Shown one piece after another: positions 40,735 to 53,384 of a stretch of DNA of 64,000 bases. The position numbers were made by a program, and so were the translations under genes. A model generated the notes under the pieces. That model did not search any database and had not been told where the DNA came from. It saw only the letters and a list, made by a program, of their open reading frames with translations. Where the stretch lies: the NCBI RefSeq assembly GCF_001194135.2, contig NC_069004.1, positions 15,288,178 to 15,352,177 on the forward strand. The letters are read 5' to 3'. Every line of letters begins with the position of its first letter. The stretch's first letter is position 1. Source of the DNA: Octopus bimaculoides. Taxonomy: Eukaryota.

Positions 40735-40890
40735 CTACAAAGACAGGTAAATTTAAACATTTTCAGAGTATTTACCAAAACAAATATCTCTACAACGCAG
40801 TCAATAACTATGCCTACCTGGGTATTCTATCAGGTTAAAACTTCCATAGGCTAATGGGTGGTTTAACTTAAAAAGACAAAAAAAAAAAAA

Positions 40891-41209
40891 AGGCACTCCA
40901 TCGGTTATGATGACGAGGGTTCCAGTTGAATCAATCAATGGAACACCCTGTTTGTGAAATTAATGTGCAGGTGGCCGAGCACTCTCCAGGAACACATACC
41001 CTTAATGCAGCTCTCAGGAAGATTCAGCTTGACACAGAATGTGACATGGCTGGTCCTTTTGAAATACAGGTACTACTCATTTTTGCCAGCTGAGTGGACT
41101 GGAGCAATGTGAAATAAAGTGCCTTGCTCAAGGACACAACGTGCCACCAAGTATCGAACTCACGACCTTACTACTGTGAGCCCCTAACCACTAAGTCACG
41201 TGCCTTCAC
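40891..41209 (-). mobile_element. third tRNA-type SINE family (gtgaaggc..gtggttag..gagttcga); relatives at 5256-5590 (+), 8040-8320 (-), 21415-21700 (-), 21714-21965 (+)
   Basis: A/B-box-like head and shared cttgagcaagacact core. Confidence 0.75.
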
Positions 41210-42631
41210 TCAGTGGTTAAACTTGCATGAAACAAGAATAACTAAATAAGAATTTAGTCATTAGAAAAAGAGGTACTTAAAAAAATATTGTTACCGACTG
41301 ACAAACATCAGCCAGATACAAATTTAATATACTTATATGCTACTTTTTTTTAAACAAAAAAACTCATTTTAAAATTATTTAAATTTATAGAAAAAAAATT
41401 ATACAAAAAAATTCACAGTTGCATAGAAACAAAAGCTAAAATAAAAATAATTTTCCTTGTTTGTACTGAGTCACAAAAATCACTTCTAATGACTGAGGAA
41501 TTATAACTTTACAAAACTGAGTATATATTGCCCCTGCTGCAATCTCTAGCCAAATCAGTTGATCTTCAATATTGAAGTCTAGAGCAAGATCAATGATACA
41601 TAACCCTACTATTCTGACTACTAGTAGCTACCCTGAAGACCATACCCAAATTGCCATATAGAACACACAGATACCCTCATACAAAACACTGTAATAACAT
41701 CTAGTGAAACCACTACATGTTTGTTGTTGTTATGTTATGTTAGTGTTAATAGTAATAAGGAATATCAAAAAAACTGTCTGGAAAATATGCGGTCGAAAGC
41801 AGAATCTACAGGACTTTTTGCTTAACCAGGAATATAAATAAAAACTTTTTTTTTGTCTTGCTCAGACAGCAATAAGATGTAGAATGACATTCACAAAAAC
41901 ATTTTTTTTTTTTTTTTTTTTTTTTGCATTTTCTGTCCAATTCCACTCACACGACAATGGTCAACCCAAAACTAGAATAGAAGTCATTTGGCTGAGGTAT
42001 TGTGCAGTGATACCAAACATGGAACTAAGTCATTACAAAACAAATTTCCTAACTATATAGCCACACCCGCATGTGTGTGTGTGTAAGCATGAACACATGC
42101 AAACATATACACATGAATACACACATTCACACAAACACACATAAATATGTGTGCAATTATATAAAACATACCTATAAAATTATACATTCTCAGATACATA
42201 TGTATATATATATATATGAGCACTGATACATATTCATACATATATACATTCACATACACATATACACACGCTTTTTTTATCGCATGCACTTGTATACAAT
42301 AGCAAGTTCCCATCACGTGTATACATCTAAGTAAATGTGCTTGTGCCTCTTATAATAGACAGGAAGGAAAATACTGTTATGGCAGCATAGTTCCAAGCTC
42401 TGCTGGTCTGTGGCTTATTTACATATTGGAGAATATTGTTGTCACAGGAATCTGACTCCTGTAATAGTACGCTGTTGACAGCAATGGCTTTTAACAAGCT
42501 CTGTTCCATGAACTTCAAGGACCTCTAGAGCTTTTGTTTGGACTGAATTCAGCATTTTGTACATGTTATGAGTAATAACATTGCTTTGCCCTTAATAGAA
42601 ATAAAACCATTGCATTACACCTTAGTAGTCA

Positions 42632-42856
42632 TTAACCCATTTGTTACCATATTTCTTTTGGTAAACACTGACTTTGTTTCAAGTGATTTCAGAAACAATG
42701 AAGAATTTAGCAAAATAATTATTATTAAGCTGGTGTTTGGAACATAGATTAACATGAAATCTTAATGTTAGGTTTTAATTTAAAACACTTCAAAACAGTA
42801 AATTTGTATCACTGAACTAGGAGCAGTTTCAGGTGTGTTGGTATCAAAAGGGTTAA
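42632..42856. mobile_element. second TTAA-flanked MITE family (ttaacccatttgttacc...ggtatcaaaagggttaa)
   Basis: Imperfect TIRs with TTAA ends. Confidence 0.6.
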
Positions 42857-44354
42857 GGTGCAAGGTACCCAATGATGGGAAGACCCATTAAAGCTGCTGC
42901 AGGGTGTATTTTCCACTTACTGATCTTGTTCATCCACAGCAAAAGGGTACAATCTGCTTTCACAGTTGATGACTTAATAATATATGAAAAGTGAGGAGGA
43001 AATGTCAGAGGTACTTGAAATGTTTAAAGAATTCCATTCAACAGGAAAGGATTGCAGCACACTAAAGTAACACACACAAACACTCAACAAGCAACAGATA
43101 TGCAGCTTCAGTCCTATCAGTCGGCCTGACTTTTTTTTCCCAAAATAAATACATACACTAATATAAACACATACATGCACACATTACTCATGCACAAACA
43201 TCCACAATAATATATATATATATACAATGGAATCCAATCAATTGGCAAAGCTTCAATTTCTAATATCCACAACAACCAGTTCACTGATGATAGGATGCTT
43301 TGTTTTTGTTATTACTTCTACAATCCCTGCTCCTCTGATTTAAAAAAAAAAAAAAGGTGCATCAGCATGGCCGCAGCTCTAAGCTGAAACTTTAAAAAAA
43401 AAAAAAAAATTAAAAAAAAAAAAATGTCTGGCACACAATCAAAACCCAACCCCTTTTATAACTTCATCTTGCACACAAAACTGTATGAAATACTACATCT
43501 AAATCTACAACCTTCAGAAACTCACTTTGTGAATACAAACTATATTCACTCCGTGAACACAAACTACAATAAAGCCTGTAAGCACTGGCCCTCCTTCCTA
43601 TGTTCAAACTTAAAAGGCAATAATTTTTAAGTAATATATTTGGTTGTTATTAGAAGGAAGCATAACATTTTGTCTGAGCAAAGCAAAAATGATTAAATGA
43701 CCTTGCATGTAGCCATCTCAAGAGTGAAACGCTGAAGTAAAGTTAAACAATGTGTTAGGTGAACAAATAAATGGACTTTCTGATCATATCTTAAAATGCT
43801 CCTTGCCAACTGATTAGAATATAATAGTCTGCTTTTATTCAGGCTATAAAAATAATCTCTGACAAGAGCATGGGCTAAGATCTGTATGTTCACTAAAACA
43901 CTTATATTAACCTTACCATGATACCTCTGAATATGGCTACATGAAGTGCTAAGTACTCAGAAAATTGCTTTTCTTCACTTCCAATAAAAATCTATTAATC
44001 CCTGTTGCAATTGTTTTTTTAGTAATTTTACAAAAAAATGCATCACTAAAGAATAAAACAGTTCAATTTTAGTTAAGTCTTTCTAGTTGTGCATTTAAAA
44101 ACACATGCGCGCGCACACACACACATACACAGAAATATATGCAAAACAAAATATTATAAAATGTTTTAATTATCACTAGATTCTCAATTTTAATTAATTT
44201 GTAGTTGGCTATCATTTGAAAGTGATGAGTGTTGTGCTCAAGTTATGAGGAATTTAGAAACCAAAATCATGCAATGAGTGCCCAACTTGCTTCACTACTT
44301 TTCATCTAGTGTTAATATGAAGAAATCAAGAAGTTTCCAAGAACCAAAACTCAC

Positions 44355-44420
44355 AAAAAAGGCCCCCGGGATCCACTGCCCACAGGCTCCATGTCGAAGA
44401 TTCTGGGTAATTCCAGTTGT
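44355..44420 (-). CDS. TRIP12: candidate TRIP12 cassette exon (I)QLELPRIFDMEPVGSGSRGPF(L)
   Basis: ccattgcag acceptor, gtgagt donor, 66 nt, open in the required phase 2-2, GC-rich island; no homology support. Confidence 0.55.
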
Positions 44421-45051
44421 CTGCAATGGTTTACATTTACAAGAATGAGAACGAAGGTGTATGCTAATAACTGAATTATTTTATTTTAAAGCTTTTTCAC
44501 ATTAATATCAAAATGATTTTAAATCTTAACACTTCCACCATGATGGTCCCTAAGTTATTGAAATTATTCAACTTTAGAGAGTAACCCTTCCCTGTCATCG
44601 CCTAATACAAGTTAGATATATAAGAGAAATCATTATATAGTAACTAATCTAACCTTAGTTTATTAGCAGTCTAAAGATTAAAAATGGACAAATTACATTT
44701 ATCTGAACACTATCTTTTAAAATTCCTAGAAATCTCACACTATTCTAAAAAAAAAAAAAATAAATAAATAAAACTCTGCCTTGACTAGAAATGTATTTTC
44801 AAAGTGAGAAATTGTTAATATATTAACTGACTTTGAAATCAGAACTATTTTCAAGTAAACCAGGAATGGGAATATCAGTAAATGTTTNNNNNNNNNNATA
44901 TATATATATATATATATACATATATATACATATATATATATCTTTTTTTTTTCATAGAAAACCATGTAATCGTCACCAATATAGCAGGAGATTTCACCGC
45001 AAAAAAGTCTAAATTAGACTCCTTAGGGATCGTTCTCCTTGTTTATATATT

Positions 45052-45257
45052 CAAAGTTTTAAATTTAAAAGAGAGATTTGACGCTAATATCCATCATTAT
45101 TGTAATTTATTCCTATGTCAACATTTCTGTATAAAGCTATATGTTTGACTTAAATTTGACGGTCAAATATAGTTTTATACAGAAATGTTGACATAGGAAT
45201 AAATTACAATAATAATAGATATTAGCGTCAAATCTCTCTCTTAAATTAAAAACTTTG
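45052..45257. repeat. near-perfect fold-back (98/96-nt arms, 12-nt loop) between TA tracts; probable palindromic MITE
   Basis: Manual alignment: 5 mismatches and one 2-nt indel. Confidence 0.9.
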
Positions 45258-45261
45258 TATG

Positions 45262-45292
<31 letters not shown>

Positions 45293-45894
45293 TAGAACTT
45301 CAAACTAAAAGGAAAAAAATCCCATGCTTGAATTAAATATATTAACTAAGAAATATAAGAACTTCTATATAGATACAACCAATATTTCAAAATTCAAAGA
45401 ATACACAACTCTACAAAAATAAAATTTTGCAAAAAGTTAATAGTTGCTGCCAGTGGTGTATGCATTCCTTAATAAAATTAACAAAATTGCATATCTTAAT
45501 CTTGTTAATTTCAGAAATCATTATGTTAAGAAAATTGGGAAAGAATTCTCAACAGTTTCAATATTTAGAATTAGGAAGGTGTTGAATAAGATAAGTTCTA
45601 GCAGTGCCACACCAAGGCTACCAACAACTGGTTGGAACCAGTAAAATTGTTACCGGAGCACTATTAGCCTCAGTTTAGTTAGAAAAAGTAGTATACAAGC
45701 AAGACTTAATGGCATTCCTACATTTCTTATGATTCAATCAACACAAAATGGGTCAAGTTGGTAAATAAATTTATGAAAGAATTACTAAGTTTAATTTAAG
45801 CAGGATTCAAGTCTATATCACTTGCCTTATAATAATAAGGTAAGATATATTGAAGTGTATCACAGTTTTCATGACATTAAACTGTAGAGAAACA

Positions 45895-46198
45895 TCTTTG
45901 CTACGAGCGGGATCGTTGCTGGTGCCCCTGGACTGGCTCTTGTGCGGGTGACACATGAGGTTTCTCGAGCGAGATGAGCGTGGCCGTTGCCAGTACCTCC
46001 TGACTGGCCTTCGTGTGGGTGACACATAAAAGCACCCACTACACTCTCTGAGTGGTTGGCGTTAGGAAGGGCATCTAGCTGTAGAAACACTGCCAAATCA
46101 GATTGGAGCCTGGTGTAGCCATCTGGTTTCACCAGTCCTCAGTCAAATCGTCCAACCCATGCTAGCATGGAAAGCGGACGTTAAACGACGACGAAGAT
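45895..46198 (+). mobile_element. young copy of the same repeat
   Basis: Direct comparison with the other copies. Confidence 0.85.
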
Positions 46199-47426
46199 CA
46201 CTCTGCAAGCTAATGAAAGGCAACTTATTCAGTAGTATCTTCACTAAATAAAGCCATGAAAAATATCTCAACACTGAGTCATTAACAGTTAAATGCCTTT
46301 GCCAGAAACAAAGTTCTATTGACAATAACTACACTAGCAACTCATTTTATTCTCTGAAACACTATAACATTTTTCTTGGATTTCATTCACATAAATTCAT
46401 TCATTTTTCTATGCTAACATGGCTTAGTCTAATGTTACTGTGACATTCTACAGCCATATGTCATTCCATTAGGTAACCCTTACCTATTTTCCAAGTAAGA
46501 GATCTCTTATTCTACATGGCTACAACAGTGTGAAGCAAACAGATAAGCTGACAAAAGTGAGAAGAAAACTGCTTGTAGGTTTTGATTTAAGTAAGTACAA
46601 ATGTAAACACACACACACACAACGGCCTCCTATCAGTTTTCACCTACCAAATCCTCTCACATGGCTTTGGCTGTCCTAGGGCTATAGCAGAAGATACTTG
46701 CACAAGGTGCCACATGGTGGGACTGAACCCAGAACTATGTGGCTGGGTAGAAAATTTCTAAACCACATAGACACACATGCACTTAATTGTAGGAATTATG
46801 GTATGTTCTTGAAATCTAGCAGCTAGAAGGCTTGGTTGGCTAGTTTGAGAATGGGAATCCTGGTAATGCAAAAGTTTCAACCAACAGCACAAAATTACCA
46901 TTGATGTACAGTTGTCACTTGAAAGTGAGTACAACTTGATAAGATGTACGATGCATTCATTAACTGTTTTGGTTGCCTCTGTAGTAGCAAACAGGCTAAC
47001 TGACCAGAGTAACATAAAATGAAGTACAGGAATTTTAACTACAACCTTATGATTGTGAGCCAAACCATCTAATAACTAATCCACGTTGTGCAGTCATAAA
47101 ATCTAAGTGGAGAAAAAAGTACTGAGTAAGTTAGCCAAAGCCTTCTTTGATTACTGACAGCAAGAATCAATGGATGATGAGATTCTTTGTCAGACCAACA
47201 TATAAAAAACATATTTCAATATATGTTTATATTTAAAGGAGTAACAAATCAAATATTTCCTTTTTTTTTTCCGTTGCTGTTGTAGCATACAACTGCAAAT
47301 AGAATCTTTCACAATTGTTATCTAATGAGTGCTATTCAGAGAAGCAGTAGCTATGAGTATTTTAATGCATACACAACACATAAGGCAGCAATTAAGAGTT
47401 AACTTATAAGATGAAGAAAAACTTAC

Positions 47427-47637
47427 ATTTGAGAACTGTGTTCTTCTGATTCTCCTGTAGCTCCTACTGTTACCATGCTGAAGTAGGAATCTTTCCGCTC
47501 AATGGCATCAGCATTACTACTACTGAGACTCGAACTTGAGCCTGATGCTGAACCAGGGGCAACAGTACTGCCTTTTGGAAGAGAAGATGCACTTTGGACT
47601 TCGATTTCTGTTAACTTCTTTATCTGGTGCATAACTC
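47427..47637 (-). CDS. TRIP12: TRIP12 exon: GVMHQIKKLTE...Ser-rich...GESEEHSSQ
   Basis: 211 nt, phase 1-2, donor AT|gtaagt. Confidence 0.88.
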
Positions 47638-48607
47638 CTAGAAAACAGAAATTCATTTTAGAAGCCACAGGATCCATTTTTACAAAATGTATTATCTTAC
47701 ACAGCACTACAACAAAAACAAATGATTAATAAATGATTATTATAAAAAATTTCCCTGAGATAGAGACATTCTTTTGAGATATCTAAACAACAACTGTCTG
47801 TTTCTTCTTTTGCAACAACAACAAACACAGAACAACTGTATTTCATTGCCCATGATGGTCTTGTTAAGTAGTCTAATACATGAAGACACTGGAAGATTGT
47901 CTACCCTAAAGATAACTCAGGGTTCAGATAGAAAAAATTAATAAAAAAATCTTAGAGTACAGATTGAAAAAAATAAAACCCTGGCAAGTTTTATCTTCAA
48001 TAAAGAGGCCTCACTGACTTTGCCATTGTTTAGTTATCAATCCTATTAACTACACGAAAACTGACATAACAGTAGGAATTTTTCATATCTTTGGCGTACA
48101 GATGAAATAGTAAACTTTAAAATCTAACCCTTAAAGAAGACTCAAGAGCCAATTCTCCCCTTCTTGGCAGAGTACTGTATTGACTTTACATATATCAGGT
48201 AAGAAGCCCAATGAATATACAACATAACACAAGTGGGTTTGATGTATCAGAGATATGACAATAAAATCACGTCTCCTTTACTTGTACAAAGTTGGATGTC
48301 TGCCGAAGCTAAATATACATGATCAAATTAAATGTCCAGAAAACAGGAAAAGACAATTTACATTACATCCAGACAAAGTCGACCTTGGTGGAATTTGAAC
48401 TCAGAATATAAGGATGGATGAAATGCTAAGCACTTTGCCTAGCATGTTAATGATTCTGCCAGCTTGCAAGACACACATGCACACAGACACACAATGTAAA
48501 AGATAAATGATATACACTGGCTGGAGAGACATTTTTATGAAAAATATAAATACTGAGATTTTAAAAAATACAACAAAACATATGCAAAGGATAAGTTTAT
48601 TACAAAC

Positions 48608-48726
48608 CTTCTCGCCTAAAGTAAATGCTGAATATGTCTGGAAGTTTCTGCATGAGAACATCAGCCATTTGTATGGCACCAACAACTACCTTTAAATCTT
48701 GTGAAGCCATCATAGCTGCTATGTGA
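48608..48726 (-). CDS. TRIP12: TRIP12 exon: [39 protein letters not shown]
   Basis: 119 nt, phase 2-1. Confidence 0.94.
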
Positions 48727-49790
48727 CTAAAATAATAGAAAAATATTGTGTGTCAAATAGGCAGCTCAAGTCATTTTATTTTGATTGTGAAACAAACTGA
48801 GTGTGTTATAAGTAGGACCAATGTAGACAAATTATATACAGAAGCGAATATACACTAATAATTGCAACCAAGTCAATGTTTATGATTCTACATCGCATGT
48901 GGGTGTGTGTGTGTATATGCACAGGCATGGCTATGTAATCTTGGGTTCAGTCCAATTGTGTGGCATCTCGGCCAAGTGTCTTCTACTATAGCCTCTGGCT
49001 GACTAAAGTCTTGTGAATAGATTTGGTAGATGGAAAGTGAATGTGTGTGTCCTTTTCTTGACTTCACATGATGGTTGTAAATGTGAATCGTCATCATAGA
49101 AGTGAGGTTGTTCCTCTCCAGTCTTTTGTGAAAAACATGTCTGGCCATGGACAAATATTACTTTGCTTAGAAATCGGTGTGGGCTGACGACAGGAAGTAT
49201 ATCCATGGGTTGGATGGCTTGACAGAAACTGGCATGGTCAGGGACTGCACCAGGTTTCATAGTATGTTTTGGCTTGGTTTTTATGGATGGATGCCCTTCC
49301 TAATGCCAACCACTTTATGCAGCGTACTGGTTGCTTTTTACATAGCACCATCACCAGTACATTCTATGTGGCACCAGTGCATTTTATGAGGCACCAGCGC
49401 CAGTGCATTTTATATGGCACATTGGTTTTAGGATCTAAATTCTGTTGTGGTGGACAGGTCTCCCTGAGTACAGCAATGCACTACATATTTCGGTACTCTG
49501 TCATCTCCTTTGTAAGGTTCAGTTTTGAGACTGGCTTCCAAAGCAACTATTTACATATAGCAAGAGTATTCGATTTGTGAGAACATAGATAACCAATTAT
49601 ATGTCACACAACTGGGGAAAGTGGACACTGTTTCTCTGGAGGTGTACAGGATACACTGATTGTTATCGACAAAGAAAACTTTTCCTTTCCTTTTTTTTTT
49701 TTTTTTTTTAAAACAATCCTGCAAAGGAACCACCTTCATATGTCAAATTTACTACACAAAAGCCTCTTGGCTGTAAAAATAACTGCTCAC

Positions 49791-49897
49791 CTGGAAACAG
49801 GTTGATTCTTCAAGACAACTTTGAGAAGATTTGAGCTAGCATAATAGATCATTCTCAACAATGTTTGTAGACATTTATGTCTCACAGTAGGTCCAGC
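49791..49897 (-). CDS. TRIP12: TRIP12 exon: [35 protein letters not shown]
   Basis: 107 nt, phase 0-2. Confidence 0.94.
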
Positions 49898-51134
49898 CTG
49901 CAAAAATGAAATAAATAAAAAATAAAATTTTAAAAAACCATTATGAAAAGTCAATTTATTTTCAAACACCACTTTTTATAATCAATGATTTAAAGAAAAC
50001 TTTTACATCCCTGCATGCATACGTGTTTGGAGAGAGAAAATAGCCAGGACAACAGAACACTAGATTAGATACCAAGTTGATACCTTGCTAATGTTTTAAA
50101 AACTGACATTTTTGGAGAACATTATGAAAATCCAAAATAACAGTAAAATAATTATTACTAAAGTAAGTGGAATGCAACAGCTAACTCAATAAACAACAGT
50201 ACTTGACATTGTACCCATTTTAGCCACCATAGGAGCAGAATACAGATCATAAAGTAACTTTACTATATACTGGTTTCTAATTTTGGCATGTAGTCAGCAA
50301 TTTCAGGGATGGGGTAAGTTGATATTGATCCCAGTATTCAACCTGTACTTATTTTATTGACCCCAAAGTACGAAAGGCAAAGTTGACCTTGGTGGAAGTT
50401 GAACTGAGAACATAAACATGAATGAAATGCTGTTAAGCATTTTACCCAGCACAGTAACAATTCTACTAGCTTACTGCCTTATATAATAATAATTTCAAAT
50501 TTTGGCACAAGGGATAAGTTGATTACATAAACCCCAGTGCTCAACAGGTACTTATTTTATTGACCCAAAAAGATGAAACCTTGGCAGAATTTGAACTAAG
50601 AATGTAAAGACATGAAATGCCACTAAGCATTTTGCCTGGCATTCTAACAATTCTGCCTGCTTGAGAAAATGTAATCTCTCTTGTGACTTTCCAGTATCCA
50701 CAGACAGAACTTCAAAGCTAATAAACCAGATATTGTTTTGAAAGACCAAAACAATAATGTTTTGGTTAATTGATCGACATGAGTATTCCTTGTGATCATA
50801 AGACCTCAGTAAAAGCATTTGACAAGTTCAGAAAATATAACAATTTGTTTATTAAAATTGAAAAAAATGTGGCATCTGAAGGTGGTTACAATACTAGTGA
50901 TGGGGGTGGGGGAACACTTGGAATGATCAAAAAAGAACTTAAAATTATTTAAGAATGATCCCTGACTCACCAACTCTACAACAAGTGCAGAAGATTGCTT
51001 TAACTGATATGTTGCACATATTAAGAGCATTGTCGATGCAAAAACGATTACAACCCATATAAATGTTTTGTTTTTTTTCCCTTTCATTTCTTTCACATAA
51101 CTTGGTTTTGTAAATGAACAATCTGGTGTGTTTA

Positions 51135-51784
51135 TTATAATGGCCTATCACTGTATACAGGGGAAGACACTTGGCAAGAAATGGAAACAGCGTTGAAGGA
51201 AGAGGGAAAACTCATAATGATGATAATGCTGCCCTGAATCAATGCCAGGCAGTGGTACCGTGCTTCTGATCTTAACTGATTGGAAGGGTTATCATGTACA
51301 CGGTTCGTCTTGGTGTAAAAGATGGCCTGCAACAAATATTCTGCTCAATATCAGAGATTTGCTTGTTAGTTGCTTGAGCATGTCCCTTAGTAGCTGACAA
51401 TATGTGCATCTCTGATTACAAACAGGAATAGTGGGAGGGTATCGGCCACATGTTGAGATGAATTCTTTGGAGTTTGAATACTACACCTCTGGAAACATGG
51501 GTGTTTCATCATCCTTAAACCTTATTAATGGACATTTTGAGCGGGATTGGCTACTTGACCATACGAAAATTCTAATTGGATGCCACCTGCAAGGTCATGT
51601 ACTGTTTATCTTGATAGTAGATCACCATGTCACGCACATATAGTTGTGATGCAGGTGTCTGGTGTACCTTTATCAGACGGGTCGTCATGATGGGCTTCAT
51701 TTCTAGCCCAGTATCACTTTGATAGCATGCACTGCTCTCTCACTCCATAACAACAACAATAACAACAATAATAATAATAATAAT
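51135..51784 (+). mobile_element. non-coding retroposon 3' end with (AAC/AAT)n tail
   Basis: Complex repeat-like body ending ctctctcactc followed by aacaacaat..aataataat; family recognised from memory only. Confidence 0.6.
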
Positions 51785-51787
51785 TAC

Positions 51788-51933
51788 CGATGAACTATAT
51801 ACTTCATATAAAACTGCAAAGAGAGTTTGAATAAATGCAGAGGCAAGATCTATATCTTCTTTTAATATTTCCTCTCTGGAATCACATTGTTCAACATTTG
51901 GATCAGAGGAGGAAGAGGAGGAAGAGGAGGAAG
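51788..51933 (-). CDS. TRIP12: TRIP12 exon: S10[39 protein letters not shown]
   Basis: 146 nt, phase 1-0. Confidence 0.92.
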
Positions 51934-53221
51934 CTGAAATAAAGTCAAAGTTACTGTTAGAGTAATTCCAGTTACATGATGAAAAAAAAAATCAAGTTTA
52001 CATTACAATAAAGGAGATAAGACAATGTACAACATCGTAACAAATATATAACCCTTCAGCATTCAGACTGTTTTGAATTAATCGTGCACTATCTCATAGC
52101 ATTCAAAATTTTGATGATGTGATTGTATATGTTTTTAGAATGGCATTGTAAGGTAGGTGTAAGAGGCCAGATCTGGCCAATTTAAACATAGGTAGAATAT
52201 TTGGACCAGATATTGTGGTTTGAATGCTATAGAGTTAAAGGTACTCTGACAAGCTAAAACAGTTTTCATTGATTCTTCTAATAATGTGGAAGAAGCTAAT
52301 CTCCAAATGTGATGATGGCCAAACACCATGTGGTGGGAGTTAATCTTACAATCAAACCAAGGTAAACTATTGGCTATTCCATTGCTGGTACTCTGTTGCT
52401 GATAGACAATGTTACCATTCATTTTCTTTTTTACCAGTGTTAAGTGGCAGGATTCAGAACATAATCAGAACAGATACAACAAAGCATCCAGTTCGGTCAA
52501 ACAATTCTTATAATCCACTGCCAGGACAATTTCTTTAACAACTCTGAAAAGATGAAAAGCAAAGCTGACTTTGCCAGGAATTGAATTCAGAATGCTGTAA
52601 GTTGGAACATAACAAATACTGCAAGCATTCTGACACTCCAATGGCTCTGCTAAACAGAAATCAATCCAACCAATATTCTCACCTTTGTCTAAAGACAGGT
52701 CAGGGTTAGAGTTAGGATTAAAAGTGAGAGCTGCATTATCATCATCATTTAATGTCCGTTTTCCATGTTGGTATGGGTTGGATGGTTTGACAGGAACTAG
52801 CAAGGCCAGGGGTCACACCAGGTTCCATAGTCTGTTTTGGCTTGGTTTCTACAACTGGATGCCCTTCCTAATGCCAACCAGTTTACAGTGTACTGGGTGC
52901 TTTTTATGTGGCACCAGCACCCACACCAATGCTTTTTATGTGGCACAGACATCTATGCTGATTTCCAATCAACCGTTATCTTATTCCTACATAATGCTAG
53001 ACTAGATTCAAACCTGGGACATTAGTTTCTAAATTAAATTATTATGCTTTTATCCAACAGGCAACTGATAGTTAATCCAGTTATCATTTGACACACAATA
53101 ACAGACATCAACAAACTGAGACATATTCACATATGCACAGCAAACCTCAACACTTCAATTTCATAGTCAAGAATGACCAGCTGTCCCCCCTCAAACTAAA
53201 TGATAAATATTAAATACTTAC

Positions 53222-53384
53222 AAGCAGAGTGAATACAACTAGCAACCAATGAATTAACTTTTCTCTGAACTGGCCGTGCTGTGCCAGTGTCTTCGTTGAT
53301 TTGTTGCATAGAGTTAAAGTCAATTGTATAAGCTCTTCCCATTGTAGACAGGCTTACTTCATCTTCACCTGATTGATGAGCTGC
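53222..53384 (-). CDS. TRIP12: TRIP12 WWE exon 2: AAHQSGEDEVSLSTMGRAYTIDFNSMQQINEDTGTARPVQRKVNSLVASCIHSA
   Basis: 163 nt, phase 0-1. Confidence 0.93.

Noticed and set aside
46899-46978. 80-nt AG...GT island
   Set aside because: Not a multiple of 3, early stop and moderate sites; it illustrates the background rate of pseudo-exons.
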